Shown: positions 39,437-54,813 of the stretch, in pieces
Position numbering within the stretch: the stretch's first letter is position 1
Layout of the letters: every line of letters starts with the position of its first letter
Origin: Octopus vulgaris
Taxonomy: Eukaryota
Assembly (NCBI GenBank): GCA_951406725.2
Contig: OX597834.1
Location: forward strand, 19,902,001-19,966,000
Length of the DNA: 64,000 nt
Reading direction: 5' to 3'
Made by a program: the position numbers and the translations under genes
Notes under the pieces: model-generated
What the model was told of the DNA's origin: nothing
The model's input: only the letters and a program-made list of their open reading frames with translations
Database searches by the model: none

Positions 39437-42208
39437 CACACACACACACACACATATATATGTAAGCAACTGATAGAATGAGGACTAGGCTTACAAAGAA
39501 TGGAGTTGATTTGCTTGACGAAAGGTAGTGCTCCAGCATGGCCACAGTGAAATGACTGAAACAAATAAAAGGTAAAAGAATATATATATATATATATATG
39601 TATATATGTAAATAGATAGATATGCATGTATAATCTTACTTGCACTTTCTCTCCTTCTTATTACCCCCTAATTCTACAACCCTAATCCTTATTTCCCTAA
39701 CCAGTCTATGTCCCCTTTCTCAATTTCACTTGGGACACTTTACCCTCCTACTTGTATTAACCACTCCCCCTCTTATTTTCCTCAACCCATGAAGAGAACC
39801 TGCTTCTACAAGGTCAAATAGAATTGCGAGAAATAGCAGCAAAACCCTTCTCAAATCCTATCTTGTTTCTCTTTAAAAAGAGCAGTACACAGGATGTCAT
39901 AACCGAGGTTCTATTAGGCCTGGGAAATTAAAAGTTTCTGATGATTGTACCTAAAATAGTCTCATCAAAGGTTTTCTCAATCAAGCCTTACCTAGGGTTA
40001 AACAACAACAGCAACAAACTCTGCCTCTTTTCTTTGCTGATCTAGAATCCTCCTGATTCGTATCTTTCATATAATCTCCTCCCACTTCTGTTTCCCAATC
40101 TCCTCCCACCATCTTAATTTCTATCCCCACCCTGGGTCCAAATCTTTCCTCTCCTTGTCAAAACAACTACTTGTCACTTTGCCCCCTCTTTCATTCATGT
40201 CAGTTTCTTTCACACCCTCCCTGGTATTTCTGTTTAACCTCTCTCTTCCCTTTCCTCCTATTGCTTTGTGTGTCTGTGTGTGTTGTTTGCATGTGTGTGT
40301 GTTGTGTGCATGTGTGTTGTGTGCATGTGTATCTTTGTGTGTGTGTGTTTGTGTGCATTTTGCATGTGTGTGTTTATATATATGTGTGTGTGTGTGTGAG
40401 GTGTATGTGCATGTGCATGCATATGTGTAAGCATGCGTATGTGTGTGTATTATGCATGTATGCGTTGTACATGCTTATATACATATATGTGTGTGCATGT
40501 GTGTATATGGATACATGTGTGTGCATGCATATTTGTGTATGCAATTGTACCTGTGTGTGAGTGTCCATTTTGCTATGTGTGTGTTATGCATGTGTGGTGT
40601 GTCATGCATCTGTATTTACTGTGCACATCTCTGCATGTGTGCATGCATGCGTATGCACTTATGTGCATGAATGTGTTTACATGTAAATTGTGCATGCATG
40701 TATGTGTGCATGTGTATGCACATACATGTGCATATGTGCATGTGTTCTTATGTAGATGAATGTGTGTGTGTTGTGTATATGTGCGTGAGTGTATGAATGT
40801 GTGTGTATCAGTGTGCATGTTGTGTACACATGTTTATTGATGAGTGTGTGTGTTGTCCATGAGTGAATATGTGTGTGTGCGTGTGTGTGTTGTGTATGAA
40901 TGTGCGTGCTATCTATGAGTGTGCCTGTTGTACATATATATGTATGTGTTTATGCGCATATGTGTTACTATGTATGTGTGCATGTATGTATGTGTGTGTA
41001 CATGTATGTGAGAATGCATGTTTGTATTAAACACATGCACACATGATGTGTTTGTGTGCTTACATGTCTGTGCACACATAGGTGTATGTGTGTCTGTGTG
41101 TGTATGTGTGCATGTGTGCATATGTGTGCATGTGTGTGTTCGTCCCCCTCATGACCCGTGTCCTTTTACCTTCTTTCACCAGATTCGCCCTTCTTCCTTT
41201 CATCTGCTTCCTCCCACTCCTTCCCATCGTCTTACTCCTACCACAAAGTATTTGTTTATAACCCACCCACCCACCCACCAACCTATTACTCTCATGTAAC
41301 CTATCTTCCTACTCATTCCCCCACCTCTCTCTCTCTCTCTCTCTTTCTCTTTCCTTTTATCTCTCCTTCACTTCCCCTTCTCCTCACCTTCCCTTTCTCC
41401 TCACCTTCCCCTAAATTTCCATTTGATTCCTAAAATATAGATTTCTAACAAAGATCCAGGAAGCAGGGTAGAATCGTTATTATTAATTAAACCATCCTGT
41501 GTACTTGATTGGCATATATATTATCGATCGACCGTAGGAATTTGAAAGGCAGGGCCTATCCTGGTGGGATCTGAACTTAAATGATAAAACAAAGTCAACT
41601 TTAAAGTGCAAGATATATTGTCTGCCTCACAACTGTTTCTAATCTCCATTTCTCTATTAAAACACATTTAAATATATATATATATATAAAACATGCCAGC
41701 ATGTATACATGTGTGTGTGTGTTTGTATCTGTGTATATGTGTGTGTATGCATGTAGATGTATGTATGTATGGATGGATGGATGGATCTGTGTATATGTGT
41801 GCGTATCTAAGCCGATGATCGGAAAATTTTGTAGATTTCCAATTCCATGTTACAAGTTTTCATATCAAGATAGAAGTTACAAAAGTAATAAACATTGAAA
41901 AATGTGTAGAATCTCCTATTCATAATTTTTCAGACAACACACACACACATATATATATATATATACATACATACATGCATACATACATACATAATACAAA
42001 TGCATATATATATATACATGAATACATATATACATATATATATGTGTGTGTATGTATTACATATATTATATTCTATTATATATAAATGTTATATTATATA
42101 TGTGTGTCTGTGTGTGTGTGTGTATATATACAATATTCAGTGTATCTTGAGATTATTCATTGATATAAGGTAATTGTAAGTTAGTTCAATGAAGATAACG
42201 AGGATGTT

Positions 42209-42254
<46 letters not shown>

Positions 42255-43100
42255 TAAAGGCATGTATATATATTTATACATATATATAGTTATATGTACA
42301 TATATATATATATTTATATATGCGGGTGTGTATTTGCACGTGTGTCTGTGTGTGCGTGTGTATGCATGTGTGTACGTTTCAAGGAAATGACAATCTATTC
42401 AAGATTCACCCTCGGCTAATCATGACTGCAACTGAAATGGCAGGAGCCCCAAAGTATTTATCAGATTAGTTGCCGATTAGATGTGTGTCTACATCAGATC
42501 ATGTTTATAATAACATCATCTATATTTATACATATTTTGCAACATTTACACACACACACACACACACACACATACACACACAGACACGCACAAACACACA
42601 TATCAAAACAAGAGATTGGAAAGGTTTTTCGTATTATTTCTTCACCATTACATGTGTTTCATTTACTAATAGGAGTTACAAGACCAAACATGTAGGAGAA
42701 AGCAATTAAGATATCTCCTATTTGAAATTCTCTTAACAAGGAATCAAATGATATTTCATTATCTGTATTATTTCTGTATCTTAAGAAAATTACTAATTTC
42801 TCTGGGATAATATTCATGTAGTTATATGCTCAAAATGAGGAGTAGATAGGCAATCAACAACTGATGAAGGGTCGTTTTTTATGTTACTTGTCCTGTTTTC
42901 TATTTGTTTCTCTCGTTATTTGCATATTGAACTCATTTGTTTTCATATTTCCTGTTGTTTACTGTTGGTGATGTCCTGTACCCATATATGCATACACACA
43001 CACACACACACACACACATATATGCATATATATATTATTATTTGATTGAATGCCATGCATCCATTTCCAAGTAAGTTTATATATATATATATATAGATAG

Positions 43101-43303
43101 ATGCAGCACGGATTTTTGTCAGTGAACAGGTCGCGGTCTTATAGCGACAAAAATATTTTGACAAATTAAACTTAAATGTTGAAGTGAATCGAACGGCATT
43201 TGTGTGTTTCTTAAATGGCTTACAAACACCTTCCACGCTGCAATTGTTTTCATTCCAGCACACGATCTCAGATCAAATCACTTGCTATGCAAGTACATCT
43301 CCG

Positions 43304-43307
<4 letters not shown>
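43101..43307 (+). mobile_element. Duplicate of the hammerhead-variant element
   Basis: Matches 31989-32195. Confidence 0.8.
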
Positions 43308-43365
<58 letters not shown>

Positions 43366-43473
43366 GAATAAATAAATATATATATATATATATAAAAATA
43401 TATATATATATCTTCATATACATATATATATAAATAAATAAATATATATATATATAAATAAATATATATCTTA

Positions 43474-43510
<37 letters not shown>

Positions 43511-43577
43511 TATATATACATCTTCATATACATATATATAGATAGATAAATATATATATATATATAAATAAATAAAT

Positions 43578-43609
<32 letters not shown>

Positions 43610-43935
43610 CTTCATATACATATATATATATATGTGTGTATATATATGCATGTGTGTGTGTATATTCATATGTTTATGAATTTGTGTTGAAACATATTGT
43701 GATATTTCAGGATGATCTTTTTCTTTATTTGCCAAATACACACACCCACTATATATTCGTTCTTCACTCGTTTATTACCATGGGCGACGTTGCCTTTCAT
43801 CCTTTCGGGGTTGATAAATTAAGTACAAGTTGTGCACTGGAATCGATCTAATCAACTGGCCCCTGCTCCCCCAAAATTTTGCACCTTGTGCCTAGAATAG
43901 AAAAGAATATTGTATATTTGTAAGTTTGCCTCTGT

Positions 43936-43974
<39 letters not shown>

Positions 43975-45748
43975 TGTCCAAGTGAGGATACATTCGAGTT
44001 AAAGTCTAATTCATACATCTTTTACTTGTTTCAGTCATTAGACAGTTACCATGCTGGAGCACCCCTTTGAAGAATTTTCTTTCTTTGTTCATCCAATCTA
44101 TCAACCCATGTACTTAATTTTTTCTTTCAAGACCAGTACTTATTCTATCAATCTCTTTTGCTGAACTGCTTAGTTACAGGGGCATAAACACACCAACACC
44201 AGTTGTCAAGCAGTGGAGGGGTGACAAACACGGACACATAGACATACACACAGATATATACATACATACATACATACACATATATATGACAGGCTTCTTT
44301 CAGTTTCCACCTACCAAGTCCACTCACTGGGCTTTGGTTAGCTTGAGGCTATAGCAGAAGACAGTTGCACATATTGCCACGCAGTGGGACTGAACCCAGA
44401 ACCATGTGGTTGGGAAGCAAGCTTCTTGCCGCACTGCCATGCCTGTACCAGCATGTCTCTAAATCCTTTCATCTTATCTGCGCATGTGTATTTAAATACA
44501 GTTCCATCCATATACATCAACATGCATACATGCGCACACATGCACATATATTTAGCTATCTGAATGTATCATCAAGAATATGCGAATGGGCTTACACGCA
44601 TGCATGCACACGTGGATACACAAACACACCAAAATATGCATACTCATGTATATACACTCACTCGTATGATAGGGAGAAACAGGGAGTTGATATGACATCA
44701 AAAGAATCTTGCAGGTAATAAAGCGTCAACCGAAAAGAGAAGAGGCAGGCATATTCTTGTGTGTATGTATATATATATTATATGTGTATGTACATGCATA
44801 AGTATGTGTGTGTATATGTGTTTGTATGTGTGTGTTTGTGTGTGTATGTGTAAACACAAACACACACACACATACTCACACTATATATGCAAGCATATAT
44901 CTCTTCTCTTTTCTGTTATTGTTTCATAAAACAATGCACTATATATATATATATGTGTGTGTATGAATATGTGAGTATATATATATATACATACACATAG
45001 GCATACATATAAATTGTAGATATATACGTGTGTGCATATATATATATATATATATATGTACCCACTCACAAATACACACACACACACATATATCTTATAT
45101 ATACATGTTAACCATGCAAGTATATGTGTATGTGGTTGATGATAAAACTGGTGAGTGTATTAGACAAAATACCTTATGGTATTTGCTACGACTTTTTGCA
45201 TTTTGTATGGAAATCCCGCCGAGGCTGATATGGTTTCCCTTTGTACAGGATGAAGAATACACATACCAGTGAAGTAGTAAATTTCACAGCATCAACTCTA
45301 ACCACGACTGTCCAATAACTACAATTAGTTAATGAATATGCATTGTGTGTGTGTGTGTGCATTTATAGAGATGTGTGCATATATTCTTAACATGTTGTTG
45401 TACATTAGAACAGGAAATGCACTCACAGCAAGAATTTGTTTCAGAGAAAAATTTCTCTCAATAGATTTTATATTGAAAAAGAATACATCAACCCAAGCTG
45501 CAAGCAACATCAGCAGACCACAAGACCCAATGTTTTGGTATGATTTTAACCCTTCAGTAGCAAATATAATTTTAGTTATCTGGTGGTAAATATATTTAAA
45601 ATATATCTATATATATATATATATATATATATATTGAAACGAGGAGTAGATAAAACAGGGAACAACAGATGAAGGGAATGTTCTTTATATTGCCTATCTC
45701 ATTTCTCATTTTGTTCACGGGTTTTTGGTGTCCTGTACCCATATATGC

Positions 45749-45782
<34 letters not shown>

Positions 45783-45841
45783 GTACATATATGTATGTAT
45801 ATAGGCATATATATACTATTTATATTATATTATATTATATC

Positions 45842-45872
<31 letters not shown>

Positions 45873-47151
45873 CACGTTACTTATGTTATTTACATTATTT
45901 ACATTTGATAGATATTTGTCCTCATCTTGTTTGTTGTTAACACAACATTTCAGCTGATATACCCCCCAGCCTTCATCAGCTGTCTTGAGGAAATTTCGAA
46001 CCTGGGTTCTCATTCCTAAGGTATTTTTCGATGTTATTATTATCATTATTATTATTATTATTCAGGTTATTGCCTAGAATCGAACTCAGAATCTTGGGGT
46101 TAGTAGCCCGTGCTCTTAACCACTATACCATATGCCCAGGCATACTAACCCCAAGATTCCGAGTTCCAGACATTGAGTACTGGTTTCATTACTGGTTTCA
46201 GTTATTGAGACTTTTTCAACTGTAAGAATGGAAAACAATTAAATTTTGGAAAAATTAAATGAAAAGTTTTTGAAAAGAATATTTGCATAGTATTCAAATC
46301 CTTGTTTCTACCTGTCTCTGTCTCTCTTGTTTACTCTTGTGGGTTTGAGAGATACAGACAGACAGATAGATAGATAGATAGTAGGCGCAGGAGTGGCTGT
46401 GTGGTAAGTAGCTTGCTAACCAACCACATGGTTCCGGGTTCAGTCCCACTGCGTGGCATCTTGGGCAAGTGTCTTCTGCTATAGCCCCGGGCAGACCAAT
46501 GCCTTGTGAGTGGATTTGGTAGGCGGAAACTGAAAGAAGTCCGTCGTATATATGTATATATTTATATGCGTGTGTGTATTTGTGTGTCTGTGTTTGTCCC
46601 CCTAGCATTGCTTGACAACCGATGCTGGTGTGTTTACATCCCCATCACTTAGTGGTTCAACAAAAAGAGACTGATAGAATAAGTACTGGGTTTACAAAGA
46701 ATAAGTCCCAGGGTCGATTTGCTCGACTAAAGGTGGTGCTCCAGCATGGCCACAGTCAAATGACTGAAACAAGTAAAAGAGAGAAAAGAGAGAAAAGAGA
46801 TATGTGCATGTGTGTGTGTATAGAACTAGGGTTTACTTATCAGCACATGTGTGCATACATTGCAATGCAGGTGAAAAGAAAATTGCATATGCAGGCATCT
46901 ATATGCACATTTACACACAAACATCCACACTCAACTACTAGGATACATGTGTGTGTATGTTGTGTGTGTGTAAATAGGAGGAAAGATAGTTTTCTGCATG
47001 CATCTATGTATGTATATAAGTATGTACATACGTCCCCGTCACTTTGCGGTTCGGCAAAAGAGACCGATAGAATAAGTACTGGGCTGACAAAGAATAAGTC
47101 CCAGGGTCGATTTGTGTGTGTATGTATGTATGTATGTATGTATGTATGTAC

Positions 47152-47182
<31 letters not shown>

Positions 47183-47187
47183 TGTAC

Positions 47188-47218
<31 letters not shown>

Positions 47219-48863
47219 TGTACATATGTATGTATGTATGTATGTATGTATGTTTGTCGTGATGTGTGTTTTTGTGTGTCTGTGTCAATAAGTGTGTATA
47301 TTGTGTATGCAAGTGTTTGTTGATTGTGTGTATGCATGAATGTGTGTGAATATATATTGGTGTGTGTATTTGTGCATATGAATTTATTTGTGCTTTGTAA
47401 TTTGTGTGTGTGTGTGTGTGTGTGTATCAGTATGGGCTGATAGATTTATGACTGGGACCTTAAACAAATGTGGTTGTGTGTGTGTGTCTGTGTGCATGTT
47501 CGTTGCAGAGATGCACAGACGATAGAGAGAGAGAGAGACAGAGGGTCAGACAGGCGCAGAGACAGAGAGTTAAAAGAAAGGAATTAAAGAAAATGAGAGG
47601 AAGTGAGGGAGAAAAAAGAGAGAGGGAGAAAAGAGAAGGAAGGAGAAATGAGAGAGAGAGAGAGATAAAAAAAAGAAATAGGGGAAGAGAAGGAAGGAGA
47701 AAAGAGAGAGAGAAAAGAGAGAAAGGGGAAAGAGAAGGAGGGAGAAAAGAGAAGCCAAAAAAAATGAGAGAGAGAGAGAGAAGAGAGAGAGGGGAAAGAG
47801 AAGGAGGGAGAAATGAGAGAGAGGGAGAAAAGAGAGAGAGAAAGAAGAGAAAGGGGAAAAGAGAGAGAGAGGAAAAAAGAAGAGAAAGTGAAAGTGTGTT
47901 TGGTTGTGTGTGTGTGTATGACACTTTGCAGTATTGTTTCTGTATCTTAGCACACTTTGTTACCATGTGTGTGTGTCTGTGTATGTGTCTATATCTATGT
48001 GTTTGTACATGCTTGTGTATGCCTATATGTGTTTATGTATGAATACTAATGTATGTGTGCCTATGCGTGCGTATGTGTCTACATGCACACGTGTGTGTGT
48101 GTGTGTGTGTGTGTTCCTAAGTTTTCACTTTGGGGTTTTTCTACCTTGTTTGGCATACGTATGTGTGTATGCACTTCAGGACATGGTTGCATCTGTGTGT
48201 TTATGTGCACACGCGTATGTGCATGTGTGTGTGTGTGTGTGCATGCATCTGCGTGCTTGTGTGTGTTTATATACGATTATATGTGCACATGTATGTGCTT
48301 TGTACTGCTCTGTGTGTGTGTCTGTATGTGTGTGTGTGTGTTTGTGTGTCTGTATGTGTGTGTGTGTCAACTTTGATATTTTGCATTCTTTATTAGCAAA
48401 TGTTTCTGGCCAAATGTGTATATCTACGTGTATACATGTACGAGTGTTTGTATGAATGTGTATGTGTGTGTGTGTGTAACCAAGAGCATGAATATTAATG
48501 TACACACGTGTTCAATTGGTGTGTGTGTGTGTGACTTTGAGGAAAACAGAGTGACCAAAAAAGAAAACGAGAGTGAATAAGGAGACATGTGTGTATATAT
48601 GTGTGTGTGTGTGTGTATTTGTATGCATGTGTATATATATATATATATATGTATGTATATAAATATCTGCATGTGTGTGTATAAGAGTGAATCTGTATAT
48701 GTATGCATGTGTGTCTAGATATGTTGGTGTGTATGTGTATATGTATGTATATGTGTGTGCATGTGGTTGTATGTTTGTGTGTGTATATGTATGTGTGTGC
48801 GTTTATGTATGTGTGTGGGCCTGTGGTTGTATGTTTGTGTGTGTATATGTATGTGTGTGTGTG

Positions 48864-48896
<33 letters not shown>

Positions 48897-50205
48897 ATAT
48901 ATTTGTGCATGCAGTTGTATGCATATATGCATACATGTGAATATTTGATGTGTACATGTGTGTATGCATATATGCAATGTATGTGTGTGGATGTGTGTAT
49001 ATGCTTATTTATGAATATGTCAGATGCACTTTTACACTGGTACACTTCTACCTGTGTGCATATGTGCATGCACACACATGGGTGTGCCTGAGCGTGCATG
49101 TGTGTGTGTGTGTGTCTGTACTAGTGTCTCTTGCACGCTTTATTAGCAACTGCTCCGACTAAATGCTTCTAGTGATCTCCAATATAGACGATTCACATGT
49201 GCAGCATGTGTGAAATGCACGTATAGCATGCTCACATGCACACACACACACATACATGCACACATACACCCACTCACACACGTACATATATGCGATGCTC
49301 CCTTTCCTCCAAACCGCTGCAGTTAGCCGCAACAAGAAGGCTAAACTAAATTTCCATACACAGTTCAATCAATATATAAAGACAGACTTTTAAACTCCTT
49401 TACATTTTAAGCTTGTCTTCTGTGCCTTTTTGCGAAAAAAAAGGGGACATAGCTGATAGGCTAGTGGGGAGTTGTGGGGGGTCGTGGGAGAGGTGGTTGC
49501 TAAGGGTGTGTGTGGTGGGTGTGTGTTTATGCATGGGTTGTCAGGAGGGGAGAATGATGAAAGCAATAAACCTCCTCGTTATCACCTTTCCTTTTCCCAC
49601 TTTATTTCATTGTCACCGTCATCACCATCATTACCACTCACGCCGTTATCACTACTCTCGGTGTCGGCGTCATCATCATCGTCATTATCGTTCTCTTGGC
49701 CATCGCTACGTTAGTCACCATTACCATCGGCATGATCATCAACACAATCATAATCATCATCATCATCATCATCAACATCACCATCATCATCATCATCATC
49801 ATCATCTTCACCATCATCACAAGCAACAGCAGCATTGTCCTTACCACAGACACCACCATTATCTGCATAATCTTTATTACAGTCATCACAATCATTACTC
49901 CTTGTCAGCACAATCATCATCATCATCATCATCATCATCAAATGATTACCATAATGGTCATTGTCATTGTCATCACTATCATCATTATCATCATCATCAT
50001 TGCCGTTGTTGTTGTCATCATCATCATTTTGTCAACTATTGTAATGACCGATTCATTTTACCAAGACATAGCAAACAATTTATATCGTACAGTGGTAGGT
50101 GTTGTGGGGAGGGTCGCAGAAAGGAGGACAGAATCGACACCATGATATCACAGGTATTGCATTGTCTTCTGACATCAATTTAACCAACTCGTACACACAC
50201 ACACT

Positions 50206-50239
<34 letters not shown>

Positions 50240-50569
50240 CACACATGTGCTGGCATGCTCACATCATGTGTACACATGTGGGCACATCTACACATCCTAT
50301 ATGCACATGCAGTCGCACACACAGATGCATACATGATGAGAAGTTCACATTGACACACATATGCACACACGCACACACAAGCACACGCATACACACACAC
50401 ACACACACACACTATTATCCACATTGTCACATCCCACCCTTTATCCACCCTAACTCATTGATGAGGAACGGTTTCAATGGTAATATACATCTTCATCAAA
50501 TGGTCAAGCCATGGTCAGTCATGGAATGAACCAATGAAGATCTTCTACATAATTATTTGACCTGTACAT

Positions 50570-51070
50570 CATGCCACTGTACTCCACATAATATAACTGT
50601 ACTCTAAAGAACATCACTGTACTTAACATAACATCACTGTACTTTTCATAACATCATTGTCCTCTGAATATCTCCCTGTACTTAACATAATATCACTGTA
50701 GTTTTCATAATATTGCACTCTAAACATCTCCCTGTACTTAACATGACATCACTGTACTTTTCATAACATCATTGTACTCTAAACATCTCCCTGTACTTAA
50801 CATAACATTACTGTACTTTTCATAACATCATTGTACTCTAAATATCTCCCTGTACTTCACATAACATTACTGTACAATTCATAATGTCATTGTACTCTAC
50901 ATGATATAACTGTAATTTACATAACATCATTGTAGTCTAAACCTCTCATTTACATAACATCATTGTAGTCTACACCACATCACTGTACTCTATGCCACAA
51001 CACTGTACTCTACATAAAATCGCTGCACTTTCCATAACATAACTACTTTACATCACGCCACTGTACGTCT
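50570..51070. repeat. Minisatellite of ~20 bp units with a ~58 bp higher-order repeat
   Basis: actgtact(ta/tt/ct)acataacatc units are grouped in recurring triplets. Confidence 0.85.
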
Positions 51071-51226
51071 CATCCCATCACACCGATTCACTTTACATCA
51101 TTGCCAACCACTTGTAATGTAACGCTAAACCTCTTCCGTGCAGACACTGGCATATTGGCCAATTGAACCATTGTGTAATTTATCATAACAACAACAACGA
51201 CAACGACAATGATAACAACAAAAGCA

Positions 51227-51260
<34 letters not shown>

Positions 51261-51674
51261 TTTCATTATTTATATTATATTTCTAATTGTTTTTTTTCTT
51301 TTTTGTGTGTGAGAGAGTTTGTTGTTGGAAATGGTCATAATTAATCTGATGTCGATGATGATGATGACGATGATGACAATGATGACAATAATGATGATGA
51401 TGACGACGACGACGATGATGATGATGATGATAATGACGATGATGATGATGGAGATGAGGACAATGATGTCAACTGGGAAATGATAAGCCAAGATATGAAA
51501 ATATTTATAAAACATTCATCAGACACACTTAAATCTGTTGAGAATTGAAATGCAACAAGTATGAGGTAGGGTGGGGGGAAAGGGTACTGGGAATTGACGT
51601 AGTGTGTGTGTGTGTGGTGGGGAGGAGGAACTGTTGCCAAAAGTATCAACAGCCAGAAAAGGTAATCAGAAGGG

Positions 51675-51723
<49 letters not shown>

Positions 51724-51809
51724 TGAGAGAGAGAGAGAGAAAGAGACAGACAGAGTTTTCTGAAACACTAATATGTTACAGACCAGACACTCTTGGGTAA
51801 ATAATGATG

Positions 51810-51865
<56 letters not shown>

Positions 51866-51928
51866 CCTTTCTACTATAGGCATGAGGCCTGGATATTGTG
51901 GGGAGTGGGGACAGTCGATCACATCGTC

Positions 51929-52058
51929 CTCCAGTATTCCACTGGTACTTAATTTATCAACCCCGAAAGGATGAAAAGCCAAGTTACCCTTGGCAGAATT
52001 CGACTTTACCTTTCATTCTTTCGGGGTTAATAAATTAAGTACCAGTGGAATACTGGAG
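51929..52058. repeat. 56 bp inverted repeat formed by head-to-head Nin-type SINE fragments
   Basis: 51929-51984 pairs with 52003-52058 around an 18 nt spacer. Confidence 0.9.
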
Positions 52059-53032
52059 TAATAATAATAACGAGGAAAATAATTAGGATTTCAAATTTTG
52101 GCTTATCGTTGATGATCAGCCCTTTTATTTCCTTGAGCATAACAATCATCATCATCATCATCAATATCGTCATGATCATCATCATTGTGATTGTTATGAT
52201 TATTATTGGCATCACCACCCACAATAACCACCACCACCGCCATCATCATTCTCATCATCTCCAACACTGTTATCCTTTGTTCCACCACCACCGCCACCAT
52301 CATAATCGCCCTTCTCCTCCTCTCCCCTCCTCCCCCTCTTTCTCTTCCTCATCCCCATCATCCTTATCTTCACCGCTACCATCATCATTATCATCATCCT
52401 CACCTGCTTCCTTCTCACCATCATCATCATCACCACCATCACTACCATTGTCATCATCATTTTAATCATTATCATCATCATCATCATGTTTATTATCATC
52501 ATCGTCGTTATATTCATCATCTCGATCTTCCTTCTCTTCATCATCATCATCACCATCACCATCATCATTGCTATCTTAAACACCACATTTTAATATAAGT
52601 GGATGAAATGCTGATAAAGCAAATAACCCAAAAGCTAAAGGCTTGTCCCTTCCTTATGAGTTTTTTTAAAAAAGAAACAAAACAAAATCCCTTGTATATA
52701 ACTTCAAATACTCACAAATTACTAACAGGGGCAGCAACAGCAAATTCAGCAGCAACAGCAGCAACAACACCAGCACCAGCAGCAGCAATGTTGAAATTTT
52801 GCTTTGTAGCAATTGAAATTAAGAAAACGTTGTGCAACCTCTGCCACAATGCACTTTTAACAGCAGTGCACTACATATGCATATTTGGTGCACAATAAAT
52901 ATTAATAGACATTCAAGCGTTGTTATCTGCACAATCAGCATTTCCATCTTTACACTAATTAGCTGCATCGTTACCGACAGAGTAATTAACAAGCCATATT
53001 AAACTCTATCCACCACCACCACCACCACCATT

Positions 53033-53063
<31 letters not shown>

Positions 53064-53630
53064 CCACCACCAGCATCATAATGACATCGTTAATTTGATG
53101 ACGAAGCCTCTATGTGGTTGTGTGAATTGCTGAAATAACAGTTGCGTCTCCCTAAAAATCACACCCTAATGCTGTGAGAAGAATAACAGGAAACTTTAGA
53201 TAATTTCATCTGGTGGTGATGGTGGTGGGGGCATGGTTGGAAGGTCTTTGATTATGGGCTCTTAACGAGAAAAGAAGGTTATATCTGATAATTGGATTTA
53301 CTATCATAATCATTATCATCATCATCATCATCATCATCAACAACCTCATCTTAGTTGTTGGGTTAACATCCCCTTTTCCATACTTGCATGACATGGTTGT
53401 GTGGTAAGAAGCTGAGTTCCCAACTACATGGCTCTGGGCTCAATCCCACTGCGCAGCACCTTGGGAATGTATCTTCTAACATAGCCTTTGGCTGACCAAA
53501 GCCTTGTGAGTGAATCTGGTAGACAGAAACAGAAAGAAGCTCGTCATATATATATATATTCCCTTCATGGGACGGTCGCATTAAGTTGACAGTATACAAC
53601 TACTTTATATATGTATATATATATATATAT

Positions 53631-53681
<51 letters not shown>

Positions 53682-53713
53682 TATATGTGTGTGTGTGTGT
53701 ATATATATATATA

Positions 53714-54041
53714 CCACCCTGCTTCCTCGCACTGTTGTCACTATACACCCCAATCTCCCCCTCTCCGCTGCCGAGCGCTCTCTCCTCAGTAAGGGACTCC
53801 GCTTCATGCCTCTCACGCGCCACTGTGATGAATTAGAGGTCTTTCAAAATGTGACCTCGTGTGTACCGTTAGCGATTTTTTTCCTCTGTCTTCCCTTCTC
53901 TGGATCTTTCCTTCTATGTTTCCGACGAAGAGCTCTGCTCGAAACGTTAAACCCTCCATCTTTCCTGAGCGTCCAATAATACTATATTTGTTCCACATCC
54001 TCGCGTTGTTGTGTTTTTTTGTGCTTTCTTGTTTGGATTAA

Positions 54042-54044
<3 letters not shown>
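53714..54044 (+). mobile_element. Internally deleted Penelope-like element: ORF N-terminal motif joined to a hammerhead-bearing 3' end
   Basis: 53731-53811 encodes TVVTIHPNLPLSAAERSLLSKGLRFMP, matching the LSxxExxLLxKGLxFxP motif of Penelope-like ORFs. The HHR is at 53918-53952 and (TA)n flanks both sides. Confidence 0.75.
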
Positions 54045-54115
<71 letters not shown>

Positions 54116-54813
54116 CAAGAGAGGGGAGAGAGAGATATGTATGTATATGTATATTTATATGTGTATACATAGATATATAGGGATCGATGCAAGATGAGTT
54201 GAGACGATCGTTGTGAGCAATAAAGTTTCTTGTATATTTCATATGCCGTCTCTATCATTTATTGCAAACACACACACATACACACACACACACATACACA
54301 TGAGGAAAGAAGGAGAGAGAGGGAGGAAAATATATGTGCACACTTCAAAACAAAAGAAGAAAATATTTATAAGAATTTAATCCTGAAGCTTTTGGGGTTT
54401 TTTTTTTTTTTCCTTTTACCTTGTTTCCATTTTCCATTTGGTTTGTTCCATGCTGCGATGGTGTAAAAGAGAATTTCTAATCAGCATCAAGCTAACACCA
54501 ATATGCAAATTAACTTACCTGTTTGTAATAATCTAAACAGTCTTGTTTAAACTAAGCTTGAAGCCACAACATTTCAACAAGTTTGGTAGAATTAGTGTTG
54601 CCAGACAACAACCATCAAACCAGAAACTCTGATTGCTGTGAAAACCTCTTATGCCTTCACTGAAAATTAGGGGTATGTTTCCCAAGACTAATTCCTCTGA
54701 AAGACTATGTTTTAAAGCAATAAACATACTTTGGTGTACAGAATTGTTTAACCCTTGTATTACCATATTATTATAGAAATGTGTGGCCTTTGTTTCAATT
54801 AATTTACAAAAAA

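Noticed and set aside
47460-48042. Arg/Glu-rich and Leu/Ser/Phe-rich ORFs (also 24711-25199, 36252-36746 and 63406-63963)
   Set aside because: These are GA/CT-rich low-complexity tracts.
49413-50183. 256 aa His-rich ORF (also 52206-52598 and 61786-62371)
   Set aside because: This is a degenerate (CAT)n/(CAC)n microsatellite, open in several frames on both strands, with no domain or splice support.
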